Positions 48,911 to 59,446 of a stretch of DNA of 64,000 nucleotides are shown one piece after another (position 1 is the first letter of the stretch; the number at the start of each line of letters is the position of its first letter). The translations under genes were made by a program, and so were the position numbers. The notes under the pieces are model-generated. The model was not told where the DNA came from. It made no database searches and was given only the letters and a program-made list of their open reading frames with translations. This DNA comes from an uncultured delta proteobacterium. Its GTDB lineage: Bacteria; Myxococcota; Myxococcia; Myxococcales; Anaeromyxobacteraceae. The stretch spans positions 64,001 through 128,000 of the forward strand of contig CAWHDZ010000040.1 in assembly GCA_963828255.1 (NCBI GenBank), written 5' to 3'.

Positions 48911-50317
48911 CTACATCTCCTCCGGCAACAGGTGCCGGATCGAGTTCGCGTAGTACTGCAGCACCGGGATCTCCGCGTGAACGGGCGAGAACGCCCCGTC
49001 GCGCTCCTCCACCAGGTGACGCAGCGAGAGGGCGCGGAGCCCCACCGCCGTCGCGTACTCCTCGTCGGTCCGCGGGAGGTAGACGTGGCCGCCCGAGGCC
49101 TGGATGCGCCGTGACAGCGCCTGGGTGCGCAGGTGGATCTCCATCGAGGTGAGCGGGTCCTCGCTGTCGAGGAGCACGGTGGCCACGAGCGGCACGGGCA
49201 GCGCCGGGATGACCTGCCCCACCGCGCCGATGAGCTCGGTGCCGAGCTCCAGCACCCGCCGCGCCCGCTCCTCGCGCGACAGCCCCCGGAGATCGCCGCC
49301 CCGCTCGGCCAGCCACGAGCGCATCGAGATGGGCGTCCCGAAGTTCACGCAGGCATACCCGAAGCGGTGCCAGCGGCCGCCCAGCCACTGGCCGGCGTTG
49401 CGCAGCGCGAAGCGGGCCGCGCCGAGCGCGGTGTCCGCCTTGCCGCCGCGGATGCCCGCCGCCGCGCCGAGCTGGGTCCGGTCTTCCAGGACCCGGTCGT
49501 AGTTGAGCCCCACCGGCACGAAGACCAGGTCGCGCCGGGCCGGGTCGTAGTCGCGCAGCATGTAGTCGAGGAGCCCGAGCCGGGGAGGGCGCAGCGCCCC
49601 GTCCTTCGTGAGCCCGCCCTCCGGGAACATGGCCTGGACCACGCCGGCGTCGGCGGCCATCTGCACGTAGCGCTCCAGCACCCTCCGGTAGAGCGGATCG
49701 CCCGAGTCGCGCCGCACGAAGTAGGCCCCCATCGACCGGATGAGCGACTGGAGCGGCCAGATGCGGGCCCACTCCCCCACCGCGTAGGAGAGGGCGGTCT
49801 TCTCGGCCGCCAGGTAGGACACCAGCACGTAGTCCATGTTGGAGCGGTGGTTCATCACGAAGACCACGCTGGCCTCCGGGTCCACCCGGGAGAGGCCGTC
49901 GTCGTCGGCGAACCCGACCCGGACCCGGTAGAGGGTCCGCGCCGTGGCCCGGGCCACCGAGTAGCCCAGGCGGAAGTAGGCGTAGGCGCTGAAGGACGGG
50001 ACGATCTCCCGCGCGTAGGCGGCCACCCGCCCCATGGTCACCTCGCGGGGCTCGCCGGTCTCCCGGGCGTGGGCCTCGGCGGCCTCCACCACCCGCGGGT
50101 CGAAGGTGAGCCGGTCGATGAGCACGGCGCGTCGGGTCAGCTTGAAGGGGCGGATGCGCAGCCGCAGGCGCCGGTTGATCTCGTCGATGGCCCGGTTCAC
50201 CCGCCGTCGAAGGAACCAGCGGGCGCCGGGGACCAGCGCCCGGTCGAGGAGCGCCACCGCGGCGAGCACGAGGAGCGCCACGAGGGCCCAGAGCGGCAGG
50301 GTGACGTGCTCGGCCAG
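48911..50317 (-). CDS. Glycerol-3-phosphate/lysophospholipid acyltransferase (PlsB/PlsC superfamily)
   Basis: NHRSNMD (HxxxxD), FVRR, FPEGG; start CTG 50317 or GTG 50281. Confidence 0.87.
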   Translation of the reverse strand: MAEHVTLPLWALVALLVLAAVALLDRALVPGARWFLRRRVNRAIDEINRRLRLRIRPFKLTRRAVLIDRLTFDPRVVEAAEAHARETGEPREVTMGRVAAYAREIVPSFSAYAYFRLGYSVARATARTLYRVRVGFADDDGLSRVDPEASVVFVMNHRSNMDYVLVSYLAAEKTALSYAVGEWARIWPLQSLIRSMGAYFVRRDSGDPLYRRVLERYVQMAADAGVVQAMFPEGGLTKDGALRPPRLGLLDYMLRDYDPARRDLVFVPVGLNYDRVLEDRTQLGAAAGIRGGKADTALGAARFALRNAGQWLGGRWHRFGYACVNFGTPISMRSWLAERGGDLRGLSREERARRVLELGTELIGAVGQVIPALPVPLVATVLLDSEDPLTSMEIHLRTQALSRRIQASGGHVYLPRTDEEYATAVGLRALSLRHLVEERDGAFSPVHAEIPVLQYYANSIRHLLPEEM

Positions 50318-50409
50318 GTGCGACCTCCGGGATGCGGCGACGGGGCGAGAGGGTGGAGCTTAACCCGTGGCTTGTGCCGCCGCCCCGCCGCGTGTAGAAA
50401 CCCAGCCCC

Positions 50410-52047
<1,638 letters not shown>

Positions 52048-52103
52048 CCCATCCGGGGTGCCCCCGACTGGCCGATTGCCGGTGAACCCCGGGATATGGG
52101 GGA

Positions 52104-55100
52104 ATGCTGCTGAGAGTGAACGGTCAGGGACCAGACCTCGACTCACAGCAGGAGGCTCTCGAGAGGGCCCGCCGGGCGCTCCACCTGCTCACCCGCTGCA
52201 GCGAGGCGTTGCTGCGCGCCGAATCGCAGCAGGCGCTCTTCGAGGAGGCGTGCCGGATCATCGTCGAGTTCGGTGGCTACCGGATGTGCTGGGTGGGCCT
52301 CGCCGAGGACGACGAGAGGCGGACCATCCGCCCCGTGGCGCACGCAGGCCACGACGACGGATTCCTGGCCCTGGCCGACATGGTCTGGGCCGACGTTCCT
52401 CGGGGGCGGGGACCAACCGGCACGGCGGTCCGGGAGGGCCGCCTCATCCTGGGGCGTTCGTTCGCCTCGGACCCGCTGCTCGCACCCTGGAAGGCCCAGG
52501 CCCTGCGCCGGGGGTATGTGTCGTCGACGGCGCTGCCCCTCGCCTTCGACGGCGAGCGCGTCGGAGTCATCTCGATGTACTCGGGGAATCCGGCGATCTT
52601 CGGCCCGGAGGACCTTCCCTTCCTGAGGCACCTGGCCGCCGACCTCGGGTTCCGGGCGGTGGCCCTGCGCCGCCGGAGCGAGGCGGTGAAGGCCGACCAG
52701 GCGCTCAGGGAGAGCGAGGCCTCGCTTCGTCAGGTGTTCGACCTGAACCCGGACGCCGCCAACATCAACCGCCTCGCGGACGGGCGGTACATCGCCGTGA
52801 ACGAGAGCTTCCTGCGGATGACCGGTTGGACTCGGGAGGAGATCCTGGGGTGCCCCTCGGTCGACCTCGGGATCTGGAACGATCCGGCCGACCGCGACCG
52901 GTTGATCGCCCGGCTGGAGGAGAAGGGTCTCGTCCAGAACTTCGAGGCGCGCTTTCGCACCCGCTCCGGGAAGGTGCTGGACGGCCTCATGTCGGCGCGC
53001 GTGATGACCCTCGCGGGCGAGTTGGTGATCCTCTCCATCACCCGGGACGTGACCGAGTGGAGGCGGAGCGAGAGGCGCCATCGACTGCTCGCCGAAAACT
53101 CCCAGGACGTCATCTGGACGCTGGACCTGTCGACGATGCGGCTCAACTACGTGAGCCCGTCCATCCAGCGACTCAGGGGCCTGACCGTCGAGGAGGCGCT
53201 GGCGGAACCGCTGGTGGAGAGCCTCACCGCGGAATCGCTGGCGCGCATGGGGGAGGCCATGGCCCGGTCGGTGGGTCCCGACGGGATCAGCTCCCACACC
53301 GGCGTCTTCGACCAGCCCTGCGCCGACGGCTCGTTGAAGCACGTGGAGATCACCGCCTCCTACCTGCGGGACGAGGCGGGGCGACCCGTGGAGATCCTCG
53401 GAGTCTCGCGCGACGCCACCGCCCGGGTCGAGGCCGAGCGAGCGCTCGAGCAGCGCGAGCGCGAGATGCGCATCATCCTGCAGACCGCGCTCGACGGATT
53501 CGGATCCGTCGACGGGGCGGCCCGGTTCCGGGAGGTGAACGAGGCTCTCGGCGCCATCACGGGGTACTCCCGGGAGGAGTTGCTGGGGATGCGGGTGGCA
53601 GACCTGGAAGAGATGGACGGGGAATCCCAGGTTGCCGCTCGCATGGCGCGCATCCGCGTCTCGGGTCCGGAACGGTTCGAGACGCGCTACCGGCGAAAGG
53701 ACGGTCGGATCATCGACGTCGAGGTCAGCGCCAGGTTCTCCGACGTCTCTGGCGGGAGCATTCACGCCTTCTTCCGGGACGTGACCGAACAGCGTCGGTC
53801 CGAGGCCGCGCTCCGGGGGAGCGAGGCCCGCTTCCGCACGCTCATCGAGCGTTCGACCGACATGATCGTCCTCCTCGACGAGGAGGTGCGCATCACCTTC
53901 TGGAGCCCCAGCGCCACCGAGGCGCTGGGATGGGAGCCGGGAGAGGTGAGCGGGACGGACTTCCTCGCCCTGGCTCACCCCGACGATCGGGCGGGGGCGG
54001 CCGAGGTCGTGAAGCGAATCCTGGCCGGCACGGCCTCCACGCCGACCCTCGCCCTCCGCGTCCGGAACAAGGCAGGCGGCTGGCGCAGCATCGACGGCCC
54101 ATGCCGGAATCTCCTCGCCGATCCGGCCGTCGGGGCGCTCGTGCTGAACACGCGCGACATGACGGCGCACAACCTGCTCGAGGCGCAGTTTCTCCAGGCC
54201 CAGAAGCTGGAGAGCGTCGGCCGTCTCGCCGGTGGGGTCGCCCACGACTTCAACAACCTCCTCACCGTCATCCTGAGCAGCTCGGAGATCATGAGGCAGA
54301 GCCGCGCGGCCGGGCGCACGGTGGACGACGAGGACATCGAGCAGATCCACACGGCCGGCGAGCGCGCCCGCGATCTGACGCGACAGCTGCTCGCCTTCGC
54401 GCGCAAGCAGCTCATCTCGCCGACCTCGCTCGACCTGAACGCGGTGGTCCGGGGCAGCGAGAAGCTGCTCCATCGCGTGCTGGGCGAGGACATTCGCCTG
54501 GTCGTTGATGTGGATCCCGGGCTGTGGCCCACCCTGTGCGATGCCGGGCAGGTCGAGCAGATCCTCATGAACCTCGCCGTGAACGCCCGGGACGCCATGC
54601 CGGGCGGCGGGGTCCTCACGGTGGCGACGCGAAATGCGGAGGTCCACGCCGACGAGGCGGCCCGCGATCCGGACCGGCGCCCGGGCAGCTGGGTTCGCCT
54701 CATCCTGCGGGACTCCGGCGTCGGGATGTCACCGGAGGCGATGGCGCACCTCTTCGAGCCATTCTTCACCACCAAGGAGCGCGGGAAGGGAACCGGGCTC
54801 GGCCTGGCCACCGTTCACGGGATCGTGGAGCAGAGCGGAGGCCACATCCACGTCCAGAGCCAGCCGGGCGCGGGGACCACCTTCGGGATCTGCTTTCCCC
54901 GGAGCGATGCGCCGCAGGCGGTGAATGTGCCGGTGCCGGAGACTCCTTCGGTTCGCGGGGACGAGACGATCCTGGTGGTCGAGGACGACCCCCAGGTTCG
55001 TGGCGTGACCATCCGGGCACTGGAGGGCAGCGGGTACCAGGTGATCCCCGCCGCGAGCGGTGAGGAGGCGCTGGCGATCGCCCGACAGCCCGGGAGGCGT

Positions 55101-55340
55101 CTGGACATGGTCGTGACCGACGTGGTCATGCCCGGCATGACCGGCCGGGAGGTCGTGGACATGTTGCGCCGCAGCTTGCCGAACATCCCGGCCCTCTTCG
55201 TCTCCGGGTACCCCCAGGACGTCATCGCGCAGCGAGGCGTGCTCGACTCGGGCGTCGAGTTCCTTCCCAAGCCCTTCACGCCGGCGACGCTGGTGGCGCG
55301 GGTCCGGGCGATGCTCGACACGGGCCGTCCCGCCGGTTAG
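52104..55340 (+). CDS. Hybrid sensor histidine kinase (GAF-4xPAS-HisKA-HATPase-REC)
   Basis: GRGPTG GAF, LAGGVAHDFNNLL, NLAVNARDAM, GTGLGL, VEDD/DVVMP/KPF. Confidence 0.94.
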   Translation: MLLRVNGQGPDLDSQQEALERARRALHLLTRCSEALLRAESQQALFEEACRIIVEFGGYRMCWVGLAEDDERRTIRPVAHAGHDDGFLALADMVWADVPRGRGPTGTAVREGRLILGRSFASDPLLAPWKAQALRRGYVSSTALPLAFDGERVGVISMYSGNPAIFGPEDLPFLRHLAADLGFRAVALRRRSEAVKADQALRESEASLRQVFDLNPDAANINRLADGRYIAVNESFLRMTGWTREEILGCPSVDLGIWNDPADRDRLIARLEEKGLVQNFEARFRTRSGKVLDGLMSARVMTLAGELVILSITRDVTEWRRSERRHRLLAENSQDVIWTLDLSTMRLNYVSPSIQRLRGLTVEEALAEPLVESLTAESLARMGEAMARSVGPDGISSHTGVFDQPCADGSLKHVEITASYLRDEAGRPVEILGVSRDATARVEAERALEQREREMRIILQTALDGFGSVDGAARFREVNEALGAITGYSREELLGMRVADLEEMDGESQVAARMARIRVSGPERFETRYRRKDGRIIDVEVSARFSDVSGGSIHAFFRDVTEQRRSEAALRGSEARFRTLIERSTDMIVLLDEEVRITFWSPSATEALGWEPGEVSGTDFLALAHPDDRAGAAEVVKRILAGTASTPTLALRVRNKAGGWRSIDGPCRNLLADPAVGALVLNTRDMTAHNLLEAQFLQAQKLESVGRLAGGVAHDFNNLLTVILSSSEIMRQSRAAGRTVDDEDIEQIHTAGERARDLTRQLLAFARKQLISPTSLDLNAVVRGSEKLLHRVLGEDIRLVVDVDPGLWPTLCDAGQVEQILMNLAVNARDAMPGGGVLTVATRNAEVHADEAARDPDRRPGSWVRLILRDSGVGMSPEAMAHLFEPFFTTKERGKGTGLGLATVHGIVEQSGGHIHVQSQPGAGTTFGICFPRSDAPQAVNVPVPETPSVRGDETILVVEDDPQVRGVTIRALEGSGYQVIPAASGEEALAIARQPGRRLDMVVTDVVMPGMTGREVVDMLRRSLPNIPALFVSGYPQDVIAQRGVLDSGVEFLPKPFTPATLVARVRAMLDTGRPAG

Positions 55341-55436
55341 GTCGAGGCCGTTCCGCCGAACGGAGGTTCGATCCATGTGGACCAGGCATCTCGTCAAGGA
55401 CAGCACCGGCGTCTTCGACATGAATCGGGTGAGGTG

Positions 55437-55751
55437 ATGGCGCGCCCGGTGGCCTGGGTGGCGGTGGCCTCGCTCTGCTTCGCCTGTACCCGGGCCCCCG
55501 CCCCCCCCGCAGCAAAGCCTCCCGAGCCCGGCCCCGATGCCGGCACGGTCTCCGTCCGGATCGAGCCGTACGGCGTGGAGGTTGCCGCCGACGGGGTGGC
55601 GCGCTGCCGGACCCCGTGCAGCTTCCGCATCGCCCCCGGGCTCCACCGGCTCTCGGTTCGCAAGAGCGGCTTCCTGCCCTGGCAGGAGGACGTTCGCGTC
55701 GACCCGGGCGCAGTGCTGGAGGTGTCGGCCTCCCTGGTCGGGTCGCACTGA
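55437..55751 (+). CDS. PEGA-domain lipoprotein
   Basis: Lipobox-like CFAC; IEPYGVEVAADG..CRTP..PGLHRLSVRKSGF. Confidence 0.75.
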   Translation: MARPVAWVAVASLCFACTRAPAPPAAKPPEPGPDAGTVSVRIEPYGVEVAADGVARCRTPCSFRIAPGLHRLSVRKSGFLPWQEDVRVDPGAVLEVSASLVGSH

Positions 55752-55835
55752 TCCGGCCCGCCCAGGGAAGCCCGAATCGATTTTTTATTCTCTGCGTGAC
55801 GCATGGCGTCGCGAGTGCTAGCTTGCATCGTCGGG

Positions 55836-55849
55836 TGATTCCAGAATCA
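55836..55849. promoter_or_regulatory. Palindromic operator upstream of the beta-oxidation operon
   Basis: TGATTC-CA-GAATCA just downstream of extended -10 TGcTAGCTT (55816-55824). Confidence 0.5.
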
Positions 55850-55874
55850 ACCCTGTGGTGGAGGCGAGACGACC

Positions 55875-58247
55875 ATGGCGGAAACGAGCGGAGCGAAGTC
55901 GCGGGTCGCCCGGGTGGACCGGGCCGCGGTCCTGGGCGCAGGAGTGATGGGGGCGACCATCGCGGCCCACCTGGCCAACGCCGGGGTCAGGGTGCTTCTC
56001 CTCGACGTCGTTCCCAAGGAGGGGGGCGACCGGAACCGGCTGGCCGCCTCGGCGCTGGAGGCGCTCGCCAAGCAGAAGCCGGCCGCCGCGTTCCTCCCGG
56101 CCAACCTCTCCCTCATCGAGGTGGGAAACCTGGAGGACGACCTCCCGCGCCTCAAGGACTGCGACTGGGTGATCGAGGTGGTGCTGGAGAACATGGCGGT
56201 GAAGAAGAAGCTGCTCGGCGAGCGGGTGGCCCCGAACCTTCGCGAGGACGCCATCCTCTCCAGCAACACCAGCGGACTCTCGGTGAACGAGATCGCCGAC
56301 GCGCTGCCCGAGGGGCTGCGCAAGCGCTTCCTGGTCACCCACTTCTTCAACCCGCCCCGCTACATGCGGCTCGTCGAGGTGGTGCCGAGCCGCCACACCG
56401 ACCCGGCCGTCACCGCCTCGGTGGCCGCCTTCGTGGAGCAGCGGCTGGGCAAGGGAGTGGTCCACGCCAAGGACACGCCCAACTTCGTGGCCAACCGCAT
56501 CGGCGTCTTCTCCATGGCCAACGCCATCCACCACACCCTCGACCTCGGCATGACGGTGGAGGAAGTGGACGCGGTGGCCGGACCGGCCACGGCCCGGGCG
56601 CGCAGCGCCTGCTTCCGCACCGCCGACCTGGTGGGCATCGACACCCTGCTGCACGTGGCCAGGAACTCCTTCGACACCCTGCCGGACGACGAGAAGCGGG
56701 ACACCTTCAAGATGCCCGGCGTCATGCTGCAGATGGTGGAGAAGGGGCTCCTCGGCAACAAGTCGAAGCAGGGCTTCTTCAAGAAGACCAAGGGGGAGAA
56801 GGCCGAGACCTTCTTCTACGACCTGGTCTCGGGGGAGTACCGGCCCTCGCAGCGCCCCAAGTTCGCGTCGGTCGAGGCCACCAAGGGCGTGGACGACCCG
56901 GGCGCCCGGCTGCGGGCCGTGCTGGGGGGCAAGGACAAGGCCGCCGAGCTGGCCTGGAGGAACCTGCGCGACACGATGATCTACGCGTTCAACCGCGTGC
57001 CGGAGATCAGCGACGACTACGCCGGCGTGGACGACGCCATGCGCTGGGGCTTCAACTGGGAGCTCGGCCCCTTCGAGATGCTCGACGCGGTCGGCGTGGC
57101 CGACTTCGTGAAGCGCGCCGAGGCCGACGGGGTGGCGGTGCCGCCCCGCCTGCGCCAGGTGGACCGGTTCTACGTGGAGGAGGGGAGCAGCCGCCGCACC
57201 CGCGACCCGGCCACGCTGGCCTGGCGGGACATCGTGCGCCCCGAGGGCGCCGTGGACCTCCTGCTCCTCAAGAAGGGCGGGGCCGAGGTGGAGCGGAACG
57301 CCGGCGCGTCGGTCGTGGACCTGGGCGACGGCGTCTTCTGCCTGGAGTTCCACACCAAGATGAACGCCATCGGGGGCGACGTCCTGGCCATGGTCCACCG
57401 GGCCGTGAAGCGGGCCGAGGCCGACGGGGTGGGGCTCGTGGTGGCGAACCAGGGGGTGAACTTCTCGGTCGGCGCCAACCTGGCCATCCTCTCCATGGCC
57501 ATCGCCGAGGGGGCCTTCGACGAGGTGGGGCTCTCGGTCGCCGCCTTCCAGCGCGCCACCATGGCGCTCAAGTACGCGCGGGTCCCGGTGGTGGCGGCGC
57601 CCCACGGGATGGCGCTGGGCGGGGGCTGCGAGGTCTGCCTCCACGCCGACCAGGTGAACGCGCTCTCCGAGACCTACATGGGGCTCGTGGAGATCGGGGT
57701 GGGGCTCCTGCCCGCCGGCGGGGGCGTGAAGGAGCTGGCGCTGCGGGCGGTGCGGGGCGCCGAGGCGGGCGAGGCCGACCCCTCGCCCTTCGTCTTCAAG
57801 GCCTTCTCCACCATCGCCATGGCCAAGGTCTCCACCTCGGCCGCCGAGGCCGCCCAGCTGGGGCTCCTGCGACAGGGCGACTCCATCACCATGGGCGTGG
57901 ACCGGCTCATCCACGACGCCAAGCAGAAGGTCATCGCACTCGCGGTGAACTACCGCCCGTCCTCCCCGGCCCTGGACGTGCGCGCACCGGGCCGTTCCAT
58001 GGCCGGGAGCCTGGGATCCCAGCTCTGGAACATGCGCATGGGCGGCTTCATCACCGAGTACGAGGAGAAGCTGGGCCGGACCATCGCGGGCGTGATCACC
58101 GGCGGCGACGTGGCCGCCGGGACGGTGGTCGGCGAGCAGTGGTTCCTCGACCTCGAGCGGGAGGCCTTCCTGCGTCTCTGCGGGGAGAAGAGGACCCAGG
58201 AGCGCATCCAGCACATGCTGAAGAAGGGCAAGCCCCTTCGCAACTGA
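55875..58247 (+). CDS. fadN: 3-hydroxyacyl-CoA dehydrogenase/enoyl-CoA hydratase
   Basis: GAGVMG, SSNTSG, HFFNPPRY, ALGGGCE, YMGLVEIGVGL, KGKPLRN. Confidence 0.92.
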   Translation: MAETSGAKSRVARVDRAAVLGAGVMGATIAAHLANAGVRVLLLDVVPKEGGDRNRLAASALEALAKQKPAAAFLPANLSLIEVGNLEDDLPRLKDCDWVIEVVLENMAVKKKLLGERVAPNLREDAILSSNTSGLSVNEIADALPEGLRKRFLVTHFFNPPRYMRLVEVVPSRHTDPAVTASVAAFVEQRLGKGVVHAKDTPNFVANRIGVFSMANAIHHTLDLGMTVEEVDAVAGPATARARSACFRTADLVGIDTLLHVARNSFDTLPDDEKRDTFKMPGVMLQMVEKGLLGNKSKQGFFKKTKGEKAETFFYDLVSGEYRPSQRPKFASVEATKGVDDPGARLRAVLGGKDKAAELAWRNLRDTMIYAFNRVPEISDDYAGVDDAMRWGFNWELGPFEMLDAVGVADFVKRAEADGVAVPPRLRQVDRFYVEEGSSRRTRDPATLAWRDIVRPEGAVDLLLLKKGGAEVERNAGASVVDLGDGVFCLEFHTKMNAIGGDVLAMVHRAVKRAEADGVGLVVANQGVNFSVGANLAILSMAIAEGAFDEVGLSVAAFQRATMALKYARVPVVAAPHGMALGGGCEVCLHADQVNALSETYMGLVEIGVGLLPAGGGVKELALRAVRGAEAGEADPSPFVFKAFSTIAMAKVSTSAAEAAQLGLLRQGDSITMGVDRLIHDAKQKVIALAVNYRPSSPALDVRAPGRSMAGSLGSQLWNMRMGGFITEYEEKLGRTIAGVITGGDVAAGTVVGEQWFLDLEREAFLRLCGEKRTQERIQHMLKKGKPLRN

Positions 58248-58261
58248 CACGGGAGACCACC

Positions 58262-59434
58262 ATGAGCGCTGCCTACCTGATCGCCGCCGTGCGCACCCCC
58301 GGCGGGAAGGCCAAGAAGGGGAAGCTCCGGGACGTCCGCCCCGACGACCTCGCCGCGGTGGCGCTCCGCGCCGCGGTGGAGCGTTCCGGGATCGACCCGG
58401 CCCGGATCGACGACGTCATCCTGGGTTGCGCGTTCCCCGAGGGGGAACAGGGGATGAACGTGGCCCGCGTGGCCTCCATGCGCGCCGGGCTGCCGGTCCA
58501 GGTCCCCGCACAGACCGTGAACAGGTTCTGCGCCTCGGGCCTGCAGGCCATCGCCACGGCCGCCGAGCGCATCGCCGCCGGGTCGGCCGACCTGATCCTG
58601 GCCGGCGGGGTCGAGAGCATGAGCCTCGTTCCCATGGGCGGGAACAAGTACAGCGCCAACCCGTCGCTGGTCTCCTCCTGGCCCGAGTCCTACGCCGGCA
58701 TGGGCATCACCGCCGAGCTGGTGGCGAAGAAGTACGCGGTGTCGCGCGCCGATCAGGACGCCTTCGCCGCCGAGAGCCACCGGCGTGCGGCCCGCGCCCA
58801 GGCCGAGGGATGGTTCAAGGGCGAGCTGGCACCCGTCGAGGTGGAGACCACCGCGGTGGTGGGCGGAAAGCTCTCCCGCGTGAAGGAGCGGCTCGAGGCC
58901 GACGAGGGGGTGCGTGGAGACACCACCGCCGAGGGGCTCGGGAAGCTCAAGCCGGCCTTCCAGGTGGACGGCACGGTCACCGCCGGAAACGCCTCGCAGA
59001 TGACCGACGGCGCGGCGGCGGTGGTGGTGGTCTCGGAGAAGTACCTCCGGGAGTCCGGAGCGAAGCCGCTGGCCCGCTTCGTCTCGTACGCCGTCCGCGG
59101 CGTGCCCCCGGAGATCATGGGCATCGGCCCCATCGAGGCCATCCCGGCCGCGCTCCTGCGGGCCGGCCTGAAGCAGGACGACCTGGCCGCCCTCGAGCTC
59201 AACGAGGCCTTCGCGGCCCAGTCGCTGGCCTGCGTGCGGGAGCTGCGCCTCGACCCGGCGCGGGTGAACCCGTCGGGAGGCGCCATCGCGCTGGGCCACC
59301 CGCTGGGCTGCACCGGCGCGAAGCTCACCGCCACGCTGCTCCACGGCCTGGTGCGGACCGGCGGGCGCTACGGCGCGGTCTCCATGTGCATCGGCGGCGG
59401 CATGGGAGCCGCGGCCATCTTCGAGCGGCTCTAG
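58262..59434 (+). CDS. fadA: Acetyl-CoA acyltransferase (thiolase)
   Basis: NRFCASG, NEAFA, GHPLG, CIGGGMG. Confidence 0.94.
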   Translation: MSAAYLIAAVRTPGGKAKKGKLRDVRPDDLAAVALRAAVERSGIDPARIDDVILGCAFPEGEQGMNVARVASMRAGLPVQVPAQTVNRFCASGLQAIATAAERIAAGSADLILAGGVESMSLVPMGGNKYSANPSLVSSWPESYAGMGITAELVAKKYAVSRADQDAFAAESHRRAARAQAEGWFKGELAPVEVETTAVVGGKLSRVKERLEADEGVRGDTTAEGLGKLKPAFQVDGTVTAGNASQMTDGAAAVVVVSEKYLRESGAKPLARFVSYAVRGVPPEIMGIGPIEAIPAALLRAGLKQDDLAALELNEAFAAQSLACVRELRLDPARVNPSGGAIALGHPLGCTGAKLTATLLHGLVRTGGRYGAVSMCIGGGMGAAAIFERL

Positions 59435-59446
59435 GGGGAGGGGAAA

